Shown here piece after piece: positions 12,335-25,629 of a DNA stretch of 64,000 nt. Position numbers and translations under genes: made by a program. The notes under the pieces were generated by a model. The model made no database searches, had not been told where the DNA came from, and worked only from the letters and a program-made list of their open reading frames with translations. This DNA comes from Mobula hypostoma (taxonomy: Eukaryota). Location: the NCBI RefSeq assembly GCF_963921235.1, contig NC_086097.1:90832001-90896000 (forward strand), read 5' to 3'. Each line of letters begins with the position of its first letter. The stretch's first letter is position 1.

Positions 12335-14862
12335 CATAGAAATATAGAACATAGAACATTGAAAACCTACTGCGCAATATAGGCCTTTCGACCCACAAAG
12401 ATGTGCCAAACATGTCCTTACCTTAGAAATTACCAAAGGTTACCCATAGCCCTCTATTTCTCTAAGCTCCATGTACCTATCCAGGAGTCTCTTAAAAGAC
12501 CCTATTGTTTCCGCCTCCACCACTGTCGCTGGCAGCCCATTCCACACACTCACCACTCTTTGCATAAAAAACTTACCCCTGACATCTCCTCTGTACTTAC
12601 TTCCAAGCACCTTAAAAATATGCCCCCTCATGCTAGCCATTTCAGCTCTGGGAAGAAGCCTCTGACTATCCACACGATCAATGCCTGTCAAAATCTTGCA
12701 CACCTCTATCAAGTCACCTCTCATCCTCTATCGCTCCAAGGAGAAAAGGCCGAGTTCACTCAACCTATTCTCATAAGTCATGCTCCCCAACTTAGGCAAC
12801 ATCCTTGTAAATCTCCTCTGCACCCTTTCTATGGGTTCCACGTCCTTCCTATAGTGAGATGACCAGAATTGAGCACAGTACTCTAGGAGGGGTCTGACCA
12901 GGGTCCTATACAGCTGCAACATTACCTCTCAGCTCTTAATCTCAATCCCACGATTGATGAAGGCCAATACACCGTATATCTTCTTAACCACAGAGTCAAC
13001 CTGCGCAGCAGCTTTGAATGTCCTATGGACTTGGACCCCAAGATCTCTCTGATCCTCCACACTTCCAAGAGTCTTACCATTAATACTATATTCTGCCATC
13101 ATATTTGACCTACTAAAATGAACCACCTCACACTTATCTGGGTTGAACTCCATCTGCCACTTCTCAGCTCAGTCTCGCATCCTATTAATGCCCCTCTGTA
13201 ACCTCTGACAGCCCTCCACACAATCCACAACACCCCCAACATTTGTGTCATCAGCAAATTGACTAACCCATCCCTGCACTTCCTCATCCAGGTCATTTAT
13301 AAAAATCACGAACAGTAGGGGTCCTAGAACAGATCCCTGAGGCACACCCCTGGTCACCAACCTCTATGCAGAATATGACCCACCTATAACCACTCTTTGC
13401 TTTCTGTGGGCAAGCCAGTTCTGAATCCACAAAGCAATGTCCCATTTGATCTCATGCCTCCTTACTTTCTCTATAAGCCTTGTATGGGGTACCTTTTCAA
13501 ATGCCTTGCTGAAATCCCTTTTCACAACATTTACGGCTCTACCTTCATCAATGTATTTAGTCACATCCTCAAAAAATTCAATCAGGCTTGTAAGACTCGA
13601 CCTGCCTTTGACAAAGCTATGCTGGCTATTCCTAATCATATTATACCTCTCCAAATGTTCATAAATCCTGCCTCTCAGGATCTTCTCCATCAACTTACCA
13701 ACCACTGAAGTAAGACTCACTGGTCTATAATTTCCTGGGCTAATCTACTCCCCTCTTGAATAAGGGAACAACTTCTGCAACCCTCCAAATCTCCGGAACC
13801 TCTCCTGTCCTCATTGATGATGTAAATATCATCGCCAGAGGCTCAGCAATCTCCTCCCTCACTTCCCACAGTAGCTTAGGGTACATCCCATCCGGTCCCG
13901 GTGACTTATCTAACTTGATGCTTTCCAAAAGCTCCAGCACATCCTCCATCTTAATATCTACATGTTCAAGCTTTTCAGTCTGCTGCAAGTCATCCCTACA
14001 TTTGCCAAGATCCTTATCTGTAGTGAATACTGAAGCAAAGTATTCATTCAGTACCTCTGCTTTCTCTTCCGGCTTCATACACACTTTTCCACTGTCACAC
14101 TTGATTGGTTCCATTCTCTCACGTCTTATCCTGTTGCTCTTCACATACTTGTAAAATATCTTGGGGTTTTCCTTAATCCTGTCCGCCAAGGCTCCTTATG
14201 GCTCTCCTAATTTCATTCTTAAACTCCTTCTTGCTAGCCTTATAATCTTCTGGATCTCTATCATTACCTAGTTTTTTGAACGTTTCATAAGCTCTTCTCT
14301 TCTTCTTGACTAGATTTACAACAGCCTTTGTCCACCACAGTTCCTGTACCCTATCATCCTTTCCATGCCTCATTGGAACGTACCTACGCAGAACCCCATG
14401 CAAATATCCCCTGAACATTTGCCACATTTCTTCCGTACATTTCTCTGAGAACATCTGTTTCCAATTTATGCTTTCAAGTCCCTGTCTGATAGCTTCATAT
14501 TTCTCCTTACTCCAGTTAAACATTTCCCTAACTTGTCTGTTCCTATCCCTCTCCAATGGTGTGGTAAAGAAGATAGAATTGTGATCACTATCTCCAAAAT
14601 GCTCTCCCACTGAGAGACCTGACACCTGACCAGGTTCTTTTCCCAATACCAGATCAAGTACAGCCTCTCCTCTTGTAGGCGTATCTACAGATTGTGTCAA
14701 GAAACCTTCTTGAACACACCTAACAAACTCCACCCCATCTAAACCCCTTGCTCTAGAGACATGCCAATCAATATTTGGGAAATTAAAATCTCCCACCATA
14801 ACAACCCTGTTATTATTACTCCTTTCCAGAATCTGTCTCCCTACCTTCTCCTCGATGTCCCT
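12335..14862 (-). mobile_element. 5'-truncated CR1 LINE, second subfamily, moderately decayed
   Basis: (TTCTATG)n tail and collinear EN/RT ORF pieces at 14173-14799, 13740-14189, 13364-13720, 13169-13360 (FADD), 12929-13153 and 12440-12724. Confidence 0.93.
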
Positions 14863-15044
14863 GGCTTCAGGTTGAATTATTTCATTAAAAATTTTTATAT
14901 TAACTTATTTCAAATTCTGAAGACTCCCTAAACATCATATTACCCTTTTTCATGACACAGGACTAGATCTGAAATATCCTGTTACTTCGCTGGTTCCTGA
15001 GTGTGCTATTGCAAAAACCATCCCTTAAAGACAATGACTGGAGG

Positions 15045-15365
15045 GTGGCGCAGAGATACAGCTGCTGGACCAGCTGCCTCACAGCTTCAAAGACCTGAGT
15101 ACATTCCTTATCTCTGGTGCTGTCTGTGTGGAACTTGCATGTCCTTCCAGTGACCAAGTGGGTTAACTCTGAGTGCTGCACTTTACACCCACATTTCCCA
15201 GAATACACAATTCAGTAGTTAATTGGCCTTCTTATGTGACTCATAGTGCACTGTTGACTGATAGAATCTGGGAGTTTGGGGGCGGGGCACAGAATGAAAT
15301 GGAAAGAAGATTTTGATGGCCAGTGTAGATTCCAGTGGCTGAGCTGTCTGTTTCTGTGATGTATG
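15045..15365 (+). mobile_element. Degraded V-SINE (HE1-like)
   Basis: tRNA-like head followed by a decayed V-domain 'tgtgtggaacttgcatgtccttccagtgacc..gtggg'. Confidence 0.6.
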
Positions 15366-15415
15366 TGTAAATCTCTGAATTCATCCTTCATGCAATCATT
15401 ATTCTATTGATTTAG

Positions 15416-16215
15416 CAAGTTCAAGTTTATTTGTCATTGAACCTTACATGAATGCCCATGAATACAAGCAAACGAAACAGCGTCACTCCAGGGCCAAGGT
15501 GAAAACTCAGTATCAACAGTCTTACAGAGCACAAAGCACGCATATGTGCTTTCAGATAGCAACCACATATAAGATGGCGTAATAATACACTCACACACAA
15601 CAGATATAGTCCAAGTCTCTGAGTCCATGAATGTTGCAGCAGTCTGCAGTTGAATACCACACATCTTGTCTTCTGCCAGCTGAACACTGGGGGGCAGCAC
15701 AGACTCCAGCATGGATGCTGCGCCACACTGCTTCCGCCACTCAGGTGGAGTGCCTGACTCTGACATTTCCCCTTGGGCGACTGCAAAGAGGCAACACCGC
15801 GGCTTGAGGCCTAGTCGTTGCTACGACTGAGGTCATGCAACTTCGCCTCTGGCCACCCCTGCCGTTCACCAATAAACCAATGAATTGGACTTGCAACTTC
15901 CCACACCACCAATGTCCAACATTGTGATCACAAGGGTCTTGTGGTCACAATAGAAGTGACAATGATGATCACTTGCCATTAGACTGCACACCAATGCCTC
16001 TCTGATGCAGCCAGCATCATGGTCCAGACCAGGTCCAGTCCTTCATTTTCTCCACCAATGAGCAACGTGCTGATGAGGTAGACCTGTAGTGCTTTAAGTT
16101 CTTAATGTCTAGCAGGGTCTTCCAATCATAAAGAGTACATTGAAAAAAGGCAATAACACCTTAGGTTGATGCCGTAGAAGCAGCTGTGTCCAAGTGCACC
16201 GCCATCATACAGGAA
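15416..16215 (-). mobile_element. Non-autonomous LINE-derived retroposon, near full length
   Basis: (TTGAAC)n tail at about 15416; 5' end ATGATGGCG at about 16200-16208; no ORF with recognisable homology. Confidence 0.65.
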
Positions 16216-16529
16216 GTCTGCAAGTCCATTTACACAGTCTACATCAAAATTGATGCTTTATTATAAGCATCTCTGATTTATGTTACAACTATATTATCAA
16301 AATTGTTTGGGTAGCCTAAGGGCTAACTGAAGGGAAAAAAAAATCAAAGTGATCTTCTCATTCATCTTCTTACTCATTACAACCAGCAAAAGGTGGAACA
16401 TAACCTCCAGGCCTTTTTTATTTCAAGCAAGATGGCACAACAGGGTTCTGCTTGAAAACAGGAAGAAAGGAAAGAACTTACCACTTTATTTTGTGAATTT
16501 TCCTCTGGGCAATCCAAAGTACACAGCAC

Positions 16530-17246
16530 AGGCACCATTACAATTCAAAATTCAGAGGTGCAAAGAGACTTGGGAGTCCTCGTGCAGGTTTAGTTGGTGG
16601 TAAGGAAGGCAAATGCAATGTTAGCACTCATTTCAGGAGGACTAGAATATAAGAGCAATGGTGTGATGCTGAAGATTTATTACGCATTGGTCAAGGCATT
16701 TGAAGTATTGTAAGCAGTTTTGAGCCCCATATCTAAGAAAAGATGTGCTGGCAATGGAGAGGGCCCAGAGATGGTTCATGAGAATGATTCTGGGAATGAA
16801 AGAGTTAATGTATGAAGGGCATTTGATGACTCTGAGCCTGTACTCAGTGGAGTTTAGGAGAATAGGGGGGTGGATCTCACTGAAATCTATCAAAGTCTAA
16901 GTTCTACAATATTCGAGGAGAGGATGTTTTCTAGAGTGAGTGAGTCTAGGACCGGAGGGCATAGCCTCAGAATAGAGGGTGGTCCATTTAGAACAGAGAT
17001 GAAGAAGAATTTCTTCAGCTAGAGGTTGGTGAATCTGTGGAATTCATTGCCATAGACAGCTGTGGAGTATATTTAAAGTGGAGGTTGATAAATTCTTGAT
17101 TAGCAAAGGCATTAAAGGTTACGGGGAGGAGGCAGGAGAATGTGGTTGGGAGGGATAATAAATTAATCATGCTGGAATTGCAGATGAGACTCGATGGGAC
17201 AAATGGCCTAATTCTGCTCCTACATCTTATGGTCTTATGGTCTTAT
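16530..17246 (+). mobile_element. CR1 3' fragment
   Basis: Decayed ORF2 C-terminus and a (TCTTATGG)n tail at about 17225-17246. Confidence 0.85.
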
Positions 17247-17609
17247 TAGAGAGACTTCTCATTGAAATTCTATGATTAAAAAAATTTATATCTAGTTCAA
17301 AGAAAAAGCATGACCCTTACTTAACATTGTATCTGACACATGGAATCTGTAATATCACTGTACTGGACTGTCAAAATTGATTCAGTACTTCATTCTCTAG
17401 AGTGGACATGAACTGACAAGTGTCTGGCTTAGAGGTAAGAGTGCTGCTCATTTAATGTGCCTGGGACTTTACAGTAATAAGAATGGATGTTTGAGAAAAT
17501 CTAATCCCAGTACGGTGACTATAAAAACTAGGATGCTAAAGGAAACTGAGTACTTGGTGGTAGCAGCAAATCCATCAGAGTTGGATAAAAACTTAAGGTA
17601 GGAATTGAT

Positions 17610-18505
17610 ACAAGACCACAAGAGAAAGGGAATTGGAGTAGGCTACCAGGTCCCTCATGCCTGCCCCACCATTCCATATTGTCATGTTAGATCTATGCTG
17701 GCTTCAACTTTCCTCTATGCCAGTTCCTCAGAACTCTTGATTCCTCGACCTTACAATTGTTTACCTATCTCTGCCTCAAATGTATCTAATGATCCAGCAT
17801 CCACCATCATTGGGGACCAAGAATTCTGCAGATTCACTGCCCCCAAGAGAAGAATTTTCTACACGCTTCAATCTTAAAAGCCCTACCACTTACTCTGGAT
17901 CTACGTCCCCTTATTCACGACTCACCCAATAGTGAAAACATCTCAACATGTAACCTATCCAGCCTCTTTAGGAACTTATATTTTTGAATTAAGTTATCCC
18001 CCACTCTTCTAAACTCCTAGAAATACAGACATAGGCTGTATGGAGCAATTGTTGGTAAAACAACCATCTGATCCCAGAAATCAATCTGGTGAATCTCTTT
18101 CAGGTTGTCTGCAACTCTACAATACTACCATATTACAATTCTACAATACTACCATTTTTAAGTAAGGGGCCATAACTTTGCACAGTATTCTAGCTGTGGT
18201 CTTACAGTAACAAAATCTTTCGATTTCAAGATTCAAACTTCTTCACAATAAAGTTCAACAGGCCATTTGCCTTCTTACGTAGTTGCTGGACCTGCCTTCT
18301 AACTTTATGTTGTTCATGCATTGGATGCCTAGATTCCCTTGAACTTCACTTGTTTGAAGCCTCCATTTAGGTAATAGCTAGCATTTTGATACCAAAATAA
18401 ATTACCTCACATTAAACTCCATCAGCCTGGTTTTCACCTAATCACTCAATCTTCTTATATCTCTTTGCAGGATCATAATGACCACATTACAACATGCCAT
18501 TCTAT
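17610..18505 (-). mobile_element. Old CR1 3' fragment
   Basis: Decayed 3' UTR and ORF2 C-terminus, collinear with the younger CR1 copies. Confidence 0.7.
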
Positions 18506-18521
18506 CTATTTTCATAGAGAG

Positions 18522-18934
18522 TGTCATGATGTGCACTTGCAATATTGGAACCCAAGTGCGGAAGAAAGACAGACCGTAAGGTAGAGACAGTGAAGTGTTT
18601 ATTCAGATCAATTCTAAAGGAACATTGTTGGCTTGGCCAAGCTACACCACGGGAAGTAACATTCTCAAAACTAGGACCCTGCAATTAGTGCTAATCAGGC
18701 ATCCACTTAAATAATGCAAGTAACACAGAATCCCTGAGCCTATCAAATAAACTTAACAAGCTTAAACAGAAGGTACCAGGAGAATGCATTACAAAGAGCA
18801 AGTCACTCAAGAAAACACAAGGACCTCTAAATGATTAACAATTATTAAACAACATTTAACCAAATCAGGTGTTCTAAAAGTCTTGAAGCTTAAAGGTCTC
18901 CAATGCCCAGCACAGGCTCGAAGAATTCATTACA
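18522..18934. mobile_element. Putative solo LTR (413 bp)
   Basis: Near-inverted termini TGTCATGA...TCATTACA; flanks GAGAG and GGGAG (imperfect TSD); the start resembles the element at 63720. Confidence 0.5.
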
Positions 18935-19519
18935 GGGAGAGATATATAGGGTACTGTGAAACCTAATAGTTAATTAGAAGCTAATTAAAAGTCAGAAGTT
19001 TTCTTGATACATAATTCATTTAAAAAAAATTTTCTTTATGATACAAAAGGAGGTTATTCAATCCAGTAGGTCTATGCTGGCACTTAAAAACATCTCCAAT
19101 GATCCCATTCACCATGTGTCTCTGTATCCTATCCTCTTTCACATACTTATTGATTCCCTCCAAACCTTTGTTCAGACAGATAGAAGAAGTGCAGGGACAG
19201 GGATAAGAGAGGCCATTGAGTGACCTGAACTCATGGATCAAGAATTTTCGATTTGGGGGTTTCAACTTTTTGGAATCGAATCTGTAGAAGGGATGGATAA
19301 ATGGATATGGGTTAGAATTCACATATTATGTTAGAGAAATTGTACTGAAGTACTGTATGGAAGCCTCCTTAAACCTAATTAAATTATCTCTTTTGGCTCA
19401 GACTCAAGTATATGTTTCAGTACAAGTTTATTAGTTACAGTAATTCTTGCATTTGATATCCCAAGGTTGGCTTCCATGTGTTTTGGACTCCCATGAGCTT
19501 GCTACTTACTACAATACAG

Positions 19520-19835
19520 AAGGAGACCATCTGGCCCATCAGGCCCATGCTTGCAATCCCCTTAGTCTCATTTCTCCTACTTTCCTGTCACTCTGCAACT
19601 TACTCTCTCTCATACACACTCATCACCTCCTCTTTGATTCCTTTTGCTATTAATCTACACACAGGGGAAACTTACAGTAATCAACGAGTCAGCAACAGTA
19701 CTTCAGGAGCTGGGAGGAAATCAGAGCACTCAATGCACAACCACATGATCAAGCAGAGAACATGCAAGCTCCACACATACAACACCCAAAGTCAGAATTG
19801 AATCTTGATCATGGGGAGGTGAGGTAGCAGCACAA
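19520..19835 (-). mobile_element. Degraded V-SINE (HE1-like)
   Basis: Reverse V-domain 'gggaggaaatcagagcac...gagaacatgcaagctccacaca'. Confidence 0.65.
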
Positions 19836-20395
19836 TGACTCTGTGGAAGATTATATTGCAGAATTCAGCTACAAGAGTAATCTTCTAGGTCACATCAACT
19901 GCATCTTCACCCTCCAGACTTCCAGCATAGTATTAATTGGATCAGTTGAACTATCTGTGAAAAGCCTGATAAAAGATAGGGAGTGTGAGCAGTCTGTTAC
20001 TGAGTTGGCAGTTATTAGTACTGATGCAGGAAAACAAGACAACAATTGATCTGGCTGGATTGATGGTATGGCTTTGGCACCCTCTATTAGAGAAATCAAA
20101 GGACATTTGCTTTTTTTTCCCAAAGCTGCTGTTAGTTCCAAGATAGCTGCTCAACTCAAAGAACCAAAAAAATAAAATAAAAGGAAATCTAAATTTGCGG
20201 AGTGTATTTACCTGACATTGTTCATTAACCTTGGGTTTGTGAGCCCATTAGACTGCTGGAACTGCTGTGGGTCAGTTAAGGTATTGATCAGGACCAATTG
20301 TAAGTTTAAAGATCTTGAGCTTATCCAGTCTGAGGTTTTTCAGTTCTATGTTGAAGGCTCATTGTAGTCTTTAAGATGACTTGTTCAATTAAGAC

Positions 20396-21072
20396 AGGAG
20401 AAGATGGCGCGACGGCAGCGCGCGCGGCCACTTCGGTGATGATATCTGTTATCTGTCAAGTAGGGGACCATGCACAATTCTGATTTGATGGAGACGGACG
20501 TGAGAGTACGGAGGAACATTTGGAAAACTTCTGAAATGCCCGCTTCGCTGCCACTGCAACTGTGTGGTAACCGGAATCTCTGGAGCAAAAGGCCCAAATC
20601 CTCGGCTTTGCGTGTTTCAGCGGCTGGGGCGAGGTCAAAGCACTTGGCAGAGGATGGCACTCGGGATGCTGTATCGGAGGGGCTGGTCGGAGGCTCGAAG
20701 TTTTCGGACGGATGGACTCAGTGTCGGCTGTGGTCGGCTGCTTCCAAATGCATCGGCAAATTGACGGTGCCTGAAGGTTTATGGCAGAGAGTTTCTCCCT
20801 TTTGCCGCCTGCTATCGGGGACTTGGGAGTCGATCGACTCGGGGACTTTTGAGACTTTTTTTACCGTGCCCATGGTTTGTTCTTCATCAAATTATGGTAT
20901 TGCTTTGCACTGCTGTAACTATATGTTATAATTATGTGATTCTGTCAGTGTTAGTCTTTGGTTTGTCCTGTTTTCTGTGATATCACCCCAGAGAAACATT
21001 GTATCATTTCTTAATGCATGTATGCATTTCTAAATGACAATAAAAGAGGACTGAGTGTTCTCATAATCTAAT
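20396..21072 (+). mobile_element. Young non-autonomous retroposon with CpG-rich 5' end and LINE-type tail
   Basis: Starts GGAGAAGATGGCG, retains CpGs, ends 'atgacaataaaagagg...ataatctaat'; no RT ORF. Confidence 0.7.
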
Positions 21073-22299
21073 GATGCCAGTTCTTCAAGATAACAATGTA
21101 AGCTATCCCATACAACTGTGATAGATATTGACTGTCCAGGGCTGGGGGCATTTCTTGCCAAGCTCACCTTTCTAACACAGCAGCTGACAATTCCAGGGAT
21201 CAAAGAGTTGTTTTTGAGTGAGTAAGACTCCCAACCAATTTTCCTCGCTCAGCTTCTTGTAAAAAAGAACCGATCTTCAGTTCTTAATATAAATTGCAAG
21301 CTCTCCAGGCAGAAGCAGAAGGTTGGAAAGCTACCATCAGTTTGCAATCCAACAGCATCTTTTATTTGCAGTCAATAGTCTCTTAAACCTCTTAGTCATT
21401 CTCATCAAAACAGTCCTAGTTCCTTCTGGCTGAGAAGTCAAGAGTCTTGACAAAGTACCAATCATGTTGGACTTCGGACAACTGAAGTTCTTACAGATTG
21501 AAAGTCACCAGGTTATTTGTGAGACACTCTCTGAGAAGAACAACATTGACCTTTTTGTGGCGATGTTTCTTTTTCTATTGTGTTATGAAGGAGAGTCCAG
21601 GGAGTTTAACCAGTATATTCCCCACCTAATAACAAATGGTCTTTTTCATATCACTGCTTTGAGGCTCCTACTGTGTGTAGATATTGGATGCTATCTTTTC
21701 AATATCATACAATTACAATATTTGTTGGCTGTGAAGCCCCATAGCTCGCCTGGAGCAATGTCTTAATGAAAGTTTACTACTCTTTATTGACTACAAGTTT
21801 GTTTCGTGTGTAATATTAGATAGAGCAAATAGATTTTGTTTTAATGGTTTTCATGCCTGGATTTGACACCAATTTAAAGTGCTGATTACTTTCTGTCCAC
21901 TGTAATGCGAGGGGCTCAAACTCAACCTTTGCAACAAGTCCTGATAAGTAAGACGAAATGGAAACTACTGTGGATGCTGGAAATCTGATGAAGACAGGCG
22001 GTGGATTAAAAAATTGGAACTCTCTGCTATAAATAAAATATATTTTAAAGAGCATCAAGTAGCTACTAAAGAAGGGGAACTACCACAGAAGAAGTGTTAG
22101 GCTGGATAGACCACATAGGAAAATATTGGTTCAGAATAAAATGGATCTACTCATCTCCTCGGTGCTGCATCTGAACGCTTTCATAGAGTTTTCAGTGATT
22201 TATTAAAATATCTATTTGAAATGACCATATAAAGCATTTTCACTCATGTCATCATACATTGAAGGTCATGCCATAAACAGATCAATGTTAGTGTCCATT

Positions 22300-22720
22300 C
22301 CAAGGGTAACAGCCCAGTGTCAATGTTCTGATTACACTGTTAGACGTATTGGTCACATGCAAGTTAACAGAGTCCCAAAACAGTTGCTCTCTTCTGAGCT
22401 TTGACACAGGAAAGATCTCCAAGTGGACAAAAATAAAAGGTTTCAAGGTTCTGTTGGAAGCCTCTCTGAAAAATGCTACATCCCTATTTTCACATGACCA
22501 CTCAAAGTGAAGAAGAACTATTTGGGATGGTATCGAAAACCTCAAGGCCAATCATCAGGAGCACTTAGAGACCTTGAGTCAGTTATGGGAGGAATACATC
22601 ACCTCACAAACTACCCAACTCACCCATTCTGTCAGGCACTGTCAGTGGAAGAATATACTATTCCCACATTGGCATCATAAAGCAAGAAGGGAGTTAAGTC
22701 AGCCTCAATCCTAAGGGATG
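22300..22720 (+). mobile_element. Old RTE-clade LINE 3' remnant
   Basis: Decayed coding for 'R.PKQLL.SEL..G.R..GG..KRFK..L.ASLK.C', typical of the RTE ORF C-terminus. Confidence 0.55.
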
Positions 22721-23555
22721 GCTTAAGGAAGAAGATATTTGAAGGAAAGTGTGTAAAATTAATTTGTGGAAGGAAATCAACTTTTTCCAGGTTTGCTGGC
22801 ATGTTAAGAGTTAACATAGCACTCAAATTCTATGTATGAGTGGGAACAAGTTATAAACTGTGTTCAAATTTCAAAGTGAATTTATTATCTGAGTACATAT
22901 ATGTCACCATATACAACCCTAAGATTCATTTTCTTGTGAGCATACTCAATAAATCCAGAGAATAATAACAATTACAGGATCAATGAAAGACCACAACAAG
23001 TCCAATTAATTAATTATGATATACACCTTAAAAAGAACCGCCTTAAAAAAGAATTTCATGTGATGAACTGTTAAGGTTTCTCTGGGTCTGTAAACAAAAG
23101 CTGAGAAGATTTAACAATTGTGCTTTAAGGCCCAAATTACAAAGCACCAGTTAACTCAAATAGGCTTTGCAACATGTCACACCAGTTGTAAGGCAGTAGT
23201 AATTACATCATTGTATAACTTCACTGATTGCTATATTCATGGGCGACTAGGGATTAGGAAGGGATTTGTGTTGTAATGCAACTCCCTTCCTCACTTTGGC
23301 TGATATGTTCAGTCCTCAAGGAGGCTCCCAAGGCTCTTCCAATATCTCAGGACTGGAGAAGCTGCACAAATCCCCCAGAGTATGATAAAATATTCTGAAA
23401 TATATATTGGCCTTGGAGCAGGAACAGCTCAGATTTGCAAGAACGAGTACAGAAGCCTGAGATGCATTCTCTGGAACTTGAAAGATTAAAAATGATATGT
23501 TAAGGTTTTCAAAATGTTAATGAGAAATACTTCTGCTGGTTAGTATGCTTAGAAG

Positions 23556-24520
23556 TCAGATTCGGATTTGTCGAAACCCACAGTGAAATGTGCTGTTTGC
23601 ATTGATAACCAACACACCTGTGGTTGGTTGGGGTGGTGTGGTTAGCATAATGCTATCACAGCACCAGGAACCCGGCTTTAATTCTTGCCACTGTCTATAA
23701 GGAGTTTGTTCTTTCTCCTTGTGACCACGTGGGTTTCTTGTGGGTGCTCCTGTTTCCTCCCACATTCCAAAGATGTACAGGTTAGTAGGTTAATTGGTAG
23801 CACGAATGTAATTGGGCAGATTGGGAACATTGGGCCAGGAAGACTTGTTACTGTGCTGTATCTCCGAATAAGAAAGTAATTAAAAATCACCTCAGGATGT
23901 GCTGGGGTCAGCCCACACGTGTTGCTACACATTCTGGTGCCAAGATGGCTTGCCTCAGTGTTCAACAGAACAACACAAACAGCAACAATAGTAAACCAAG
24001 TTACTTCCCCACCCACTCATACACACAGACAAGCCTCCAATTCCAGGACAGGCCACTTCTGGGCCTAAAAGCCTTGGTCCTGAACTCTCAAGCTCTCCCC
24101 AGTCCTTGGCTCTGGACTTGGAGACTTGAAGACATTGGGCCTCTGACCACCCCAGACAAGCTGACGCAGAAGCTTTGATCTTTGGGCCTCTACCTCTGGA
24201 CGCATCAACTTCCGGTTTCTAGCTCCGTACCCGCCAATCTCTGGTTTTCATTCTGCAGCTTTACCCTCTGGATTTCACCGACCTCTGGGTGTCAATCCTA
24301 GGACCCGCGTGTTATGGGACTTTGACCTTCAGGTCTCATCTTCCCCAACTCACTTGGACTTCTGAACCCCGGACTCACCAGCCTTGGGGTGGGGAGGGTG
24401 GGTGGGTGTCACCCACCTTTGTGCCCCTTGCCCACATGGACTTCCAATCTGGAGATTGCTGGTCTCCATCCTTGACCTAGGATTGCTGATCTTCAACCGC
24501 GGAGTGCTCTAGCAGAGCTA
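23556..24520 (-). mobile_element. Non-autonomous retroposon related to 49690-50520, interrupted by a V-SINE
   Basis: 'tcagattcggattt' tail; the 23895-24070 block is the reverse-complement homolog of about 50280-50460. Confidence 0.55.
23628..23885 (+). mobile_element. V-SINE (HE1-like tRNA-derived SINE)
   Basis: A-box-like 'tggtgtggttagc', B-box-like sequence, and V-domain 'gtgggtttc..tgggtgctcctgtttcctcccacattccaaaga'. Confidence 0.8.
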
Positions 24521-24904
24521 CACAACTAAAACAGATCATTTTTGATGATTTGTTCATTCCATGAAAATCGACAAGTGCAGAAGCGCAAAATCTGCAGAAT
24601 ATCAGAAACATTCAATAAGGCAGGTAACTTCTCAAAGCTTTCAAAGGTACATTTAATGTCAGAGAAATGTATACAATATACATCCTGAAATGCTTTTTTG
24701 TCGCAACCATCCACGAAAAACTGAGGAATGCCCCAAAGAATGAATGACAGCTAAATGTTAGAATCCCAAAGCCCCCCCCGGCTCCCCCCATCTGTGAAAG
24801 ATTCCAAGTTTTAGACTGAGTGCTGAGTGTTTTCAGCATTTCCTGAATTTCATTATTTCATTTTTATTTTTAAAACTTCAGAAGCTACACCTTCTATATT
24901 ATAA

Positions 24905-25099
24905 ACAAGAGAAAATCTGCAGATGCTGGAAATCTGAGCAACACACACAAAATGCTGAAGGAACCCAGCAGGCCAGGCAGCATCTATGGGGGAGAAAAAA
25001 GTACAGTCAATGTTTTGGGCTGAAAACCTTTGACTATATTCTTTTCCATAGATGCTGCCTGTCCTGCTGAGTTCCTTCAGCATTTTGTGTGTGTTGCTT
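24905..25099. mobile_element. Penelope-like pseudo-LTR foldback (inverted pair plus tail); duplicated at 26404-26597
   Basis: Arms 'gcaacacacacaaaatgctg...gcagcatctatgg' and their reverse complement, centred near 25020; matches the termini of the Penelope fragments at 45300-45395 and 51265-51360. Confidence 0.85.
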
Positions 25100-25629
25100 T
25101 CTACATTATAGTACATCTATCATACCTCTTTCTTTCCCTGTTTTGAAGGCCCGAGATTTTGTGGCTCTGGAGATGGGGGGAATCGGAGGTCACTGCCTCT
25201 GCAGGAGATCAGTGTGTCATTGGAGACAGAAGATCTGTGGCTGTGAGCCCAGGGACCTGAGATCTTTGGGCACAGGGCTCAGAAAAAGTGACGCAACGGA
25301 CTTTTAACATTGTAAATCAGCGTGTTGTTTGTTATATCTCCAATCTCACTGTGAAATGGATGCATCTCTTTTTCCCTTATTAGAGAGAGAGAGAGAGAGC
25401 CTGTGTTATGTCAAATACCGGGTGAACGAGTAGCCTTTGGGGTACTGCAAGTCTGTGTCTTTTATGGTGCTTTGTTCATGCTTAAGTGCTCGGTGGCGGG
25501 TGCCGATGGTTTTCTTCTTGATGATGGGGGAGGGGGATCGTTGCTTGCTGCCGCATACACGCGGGAGGGAGGGGAGCTGGGGGGACTTTGGGGTTCTAAC
25601 ATTTAATTGTCATTCATTCTTTGGGGGCA

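Noticed and set aside
18114..18155. Short direct duplication tctacaatactaccat x2
   Set aside because: Ordinary slippage or repair duplication inside a decayed CR1.
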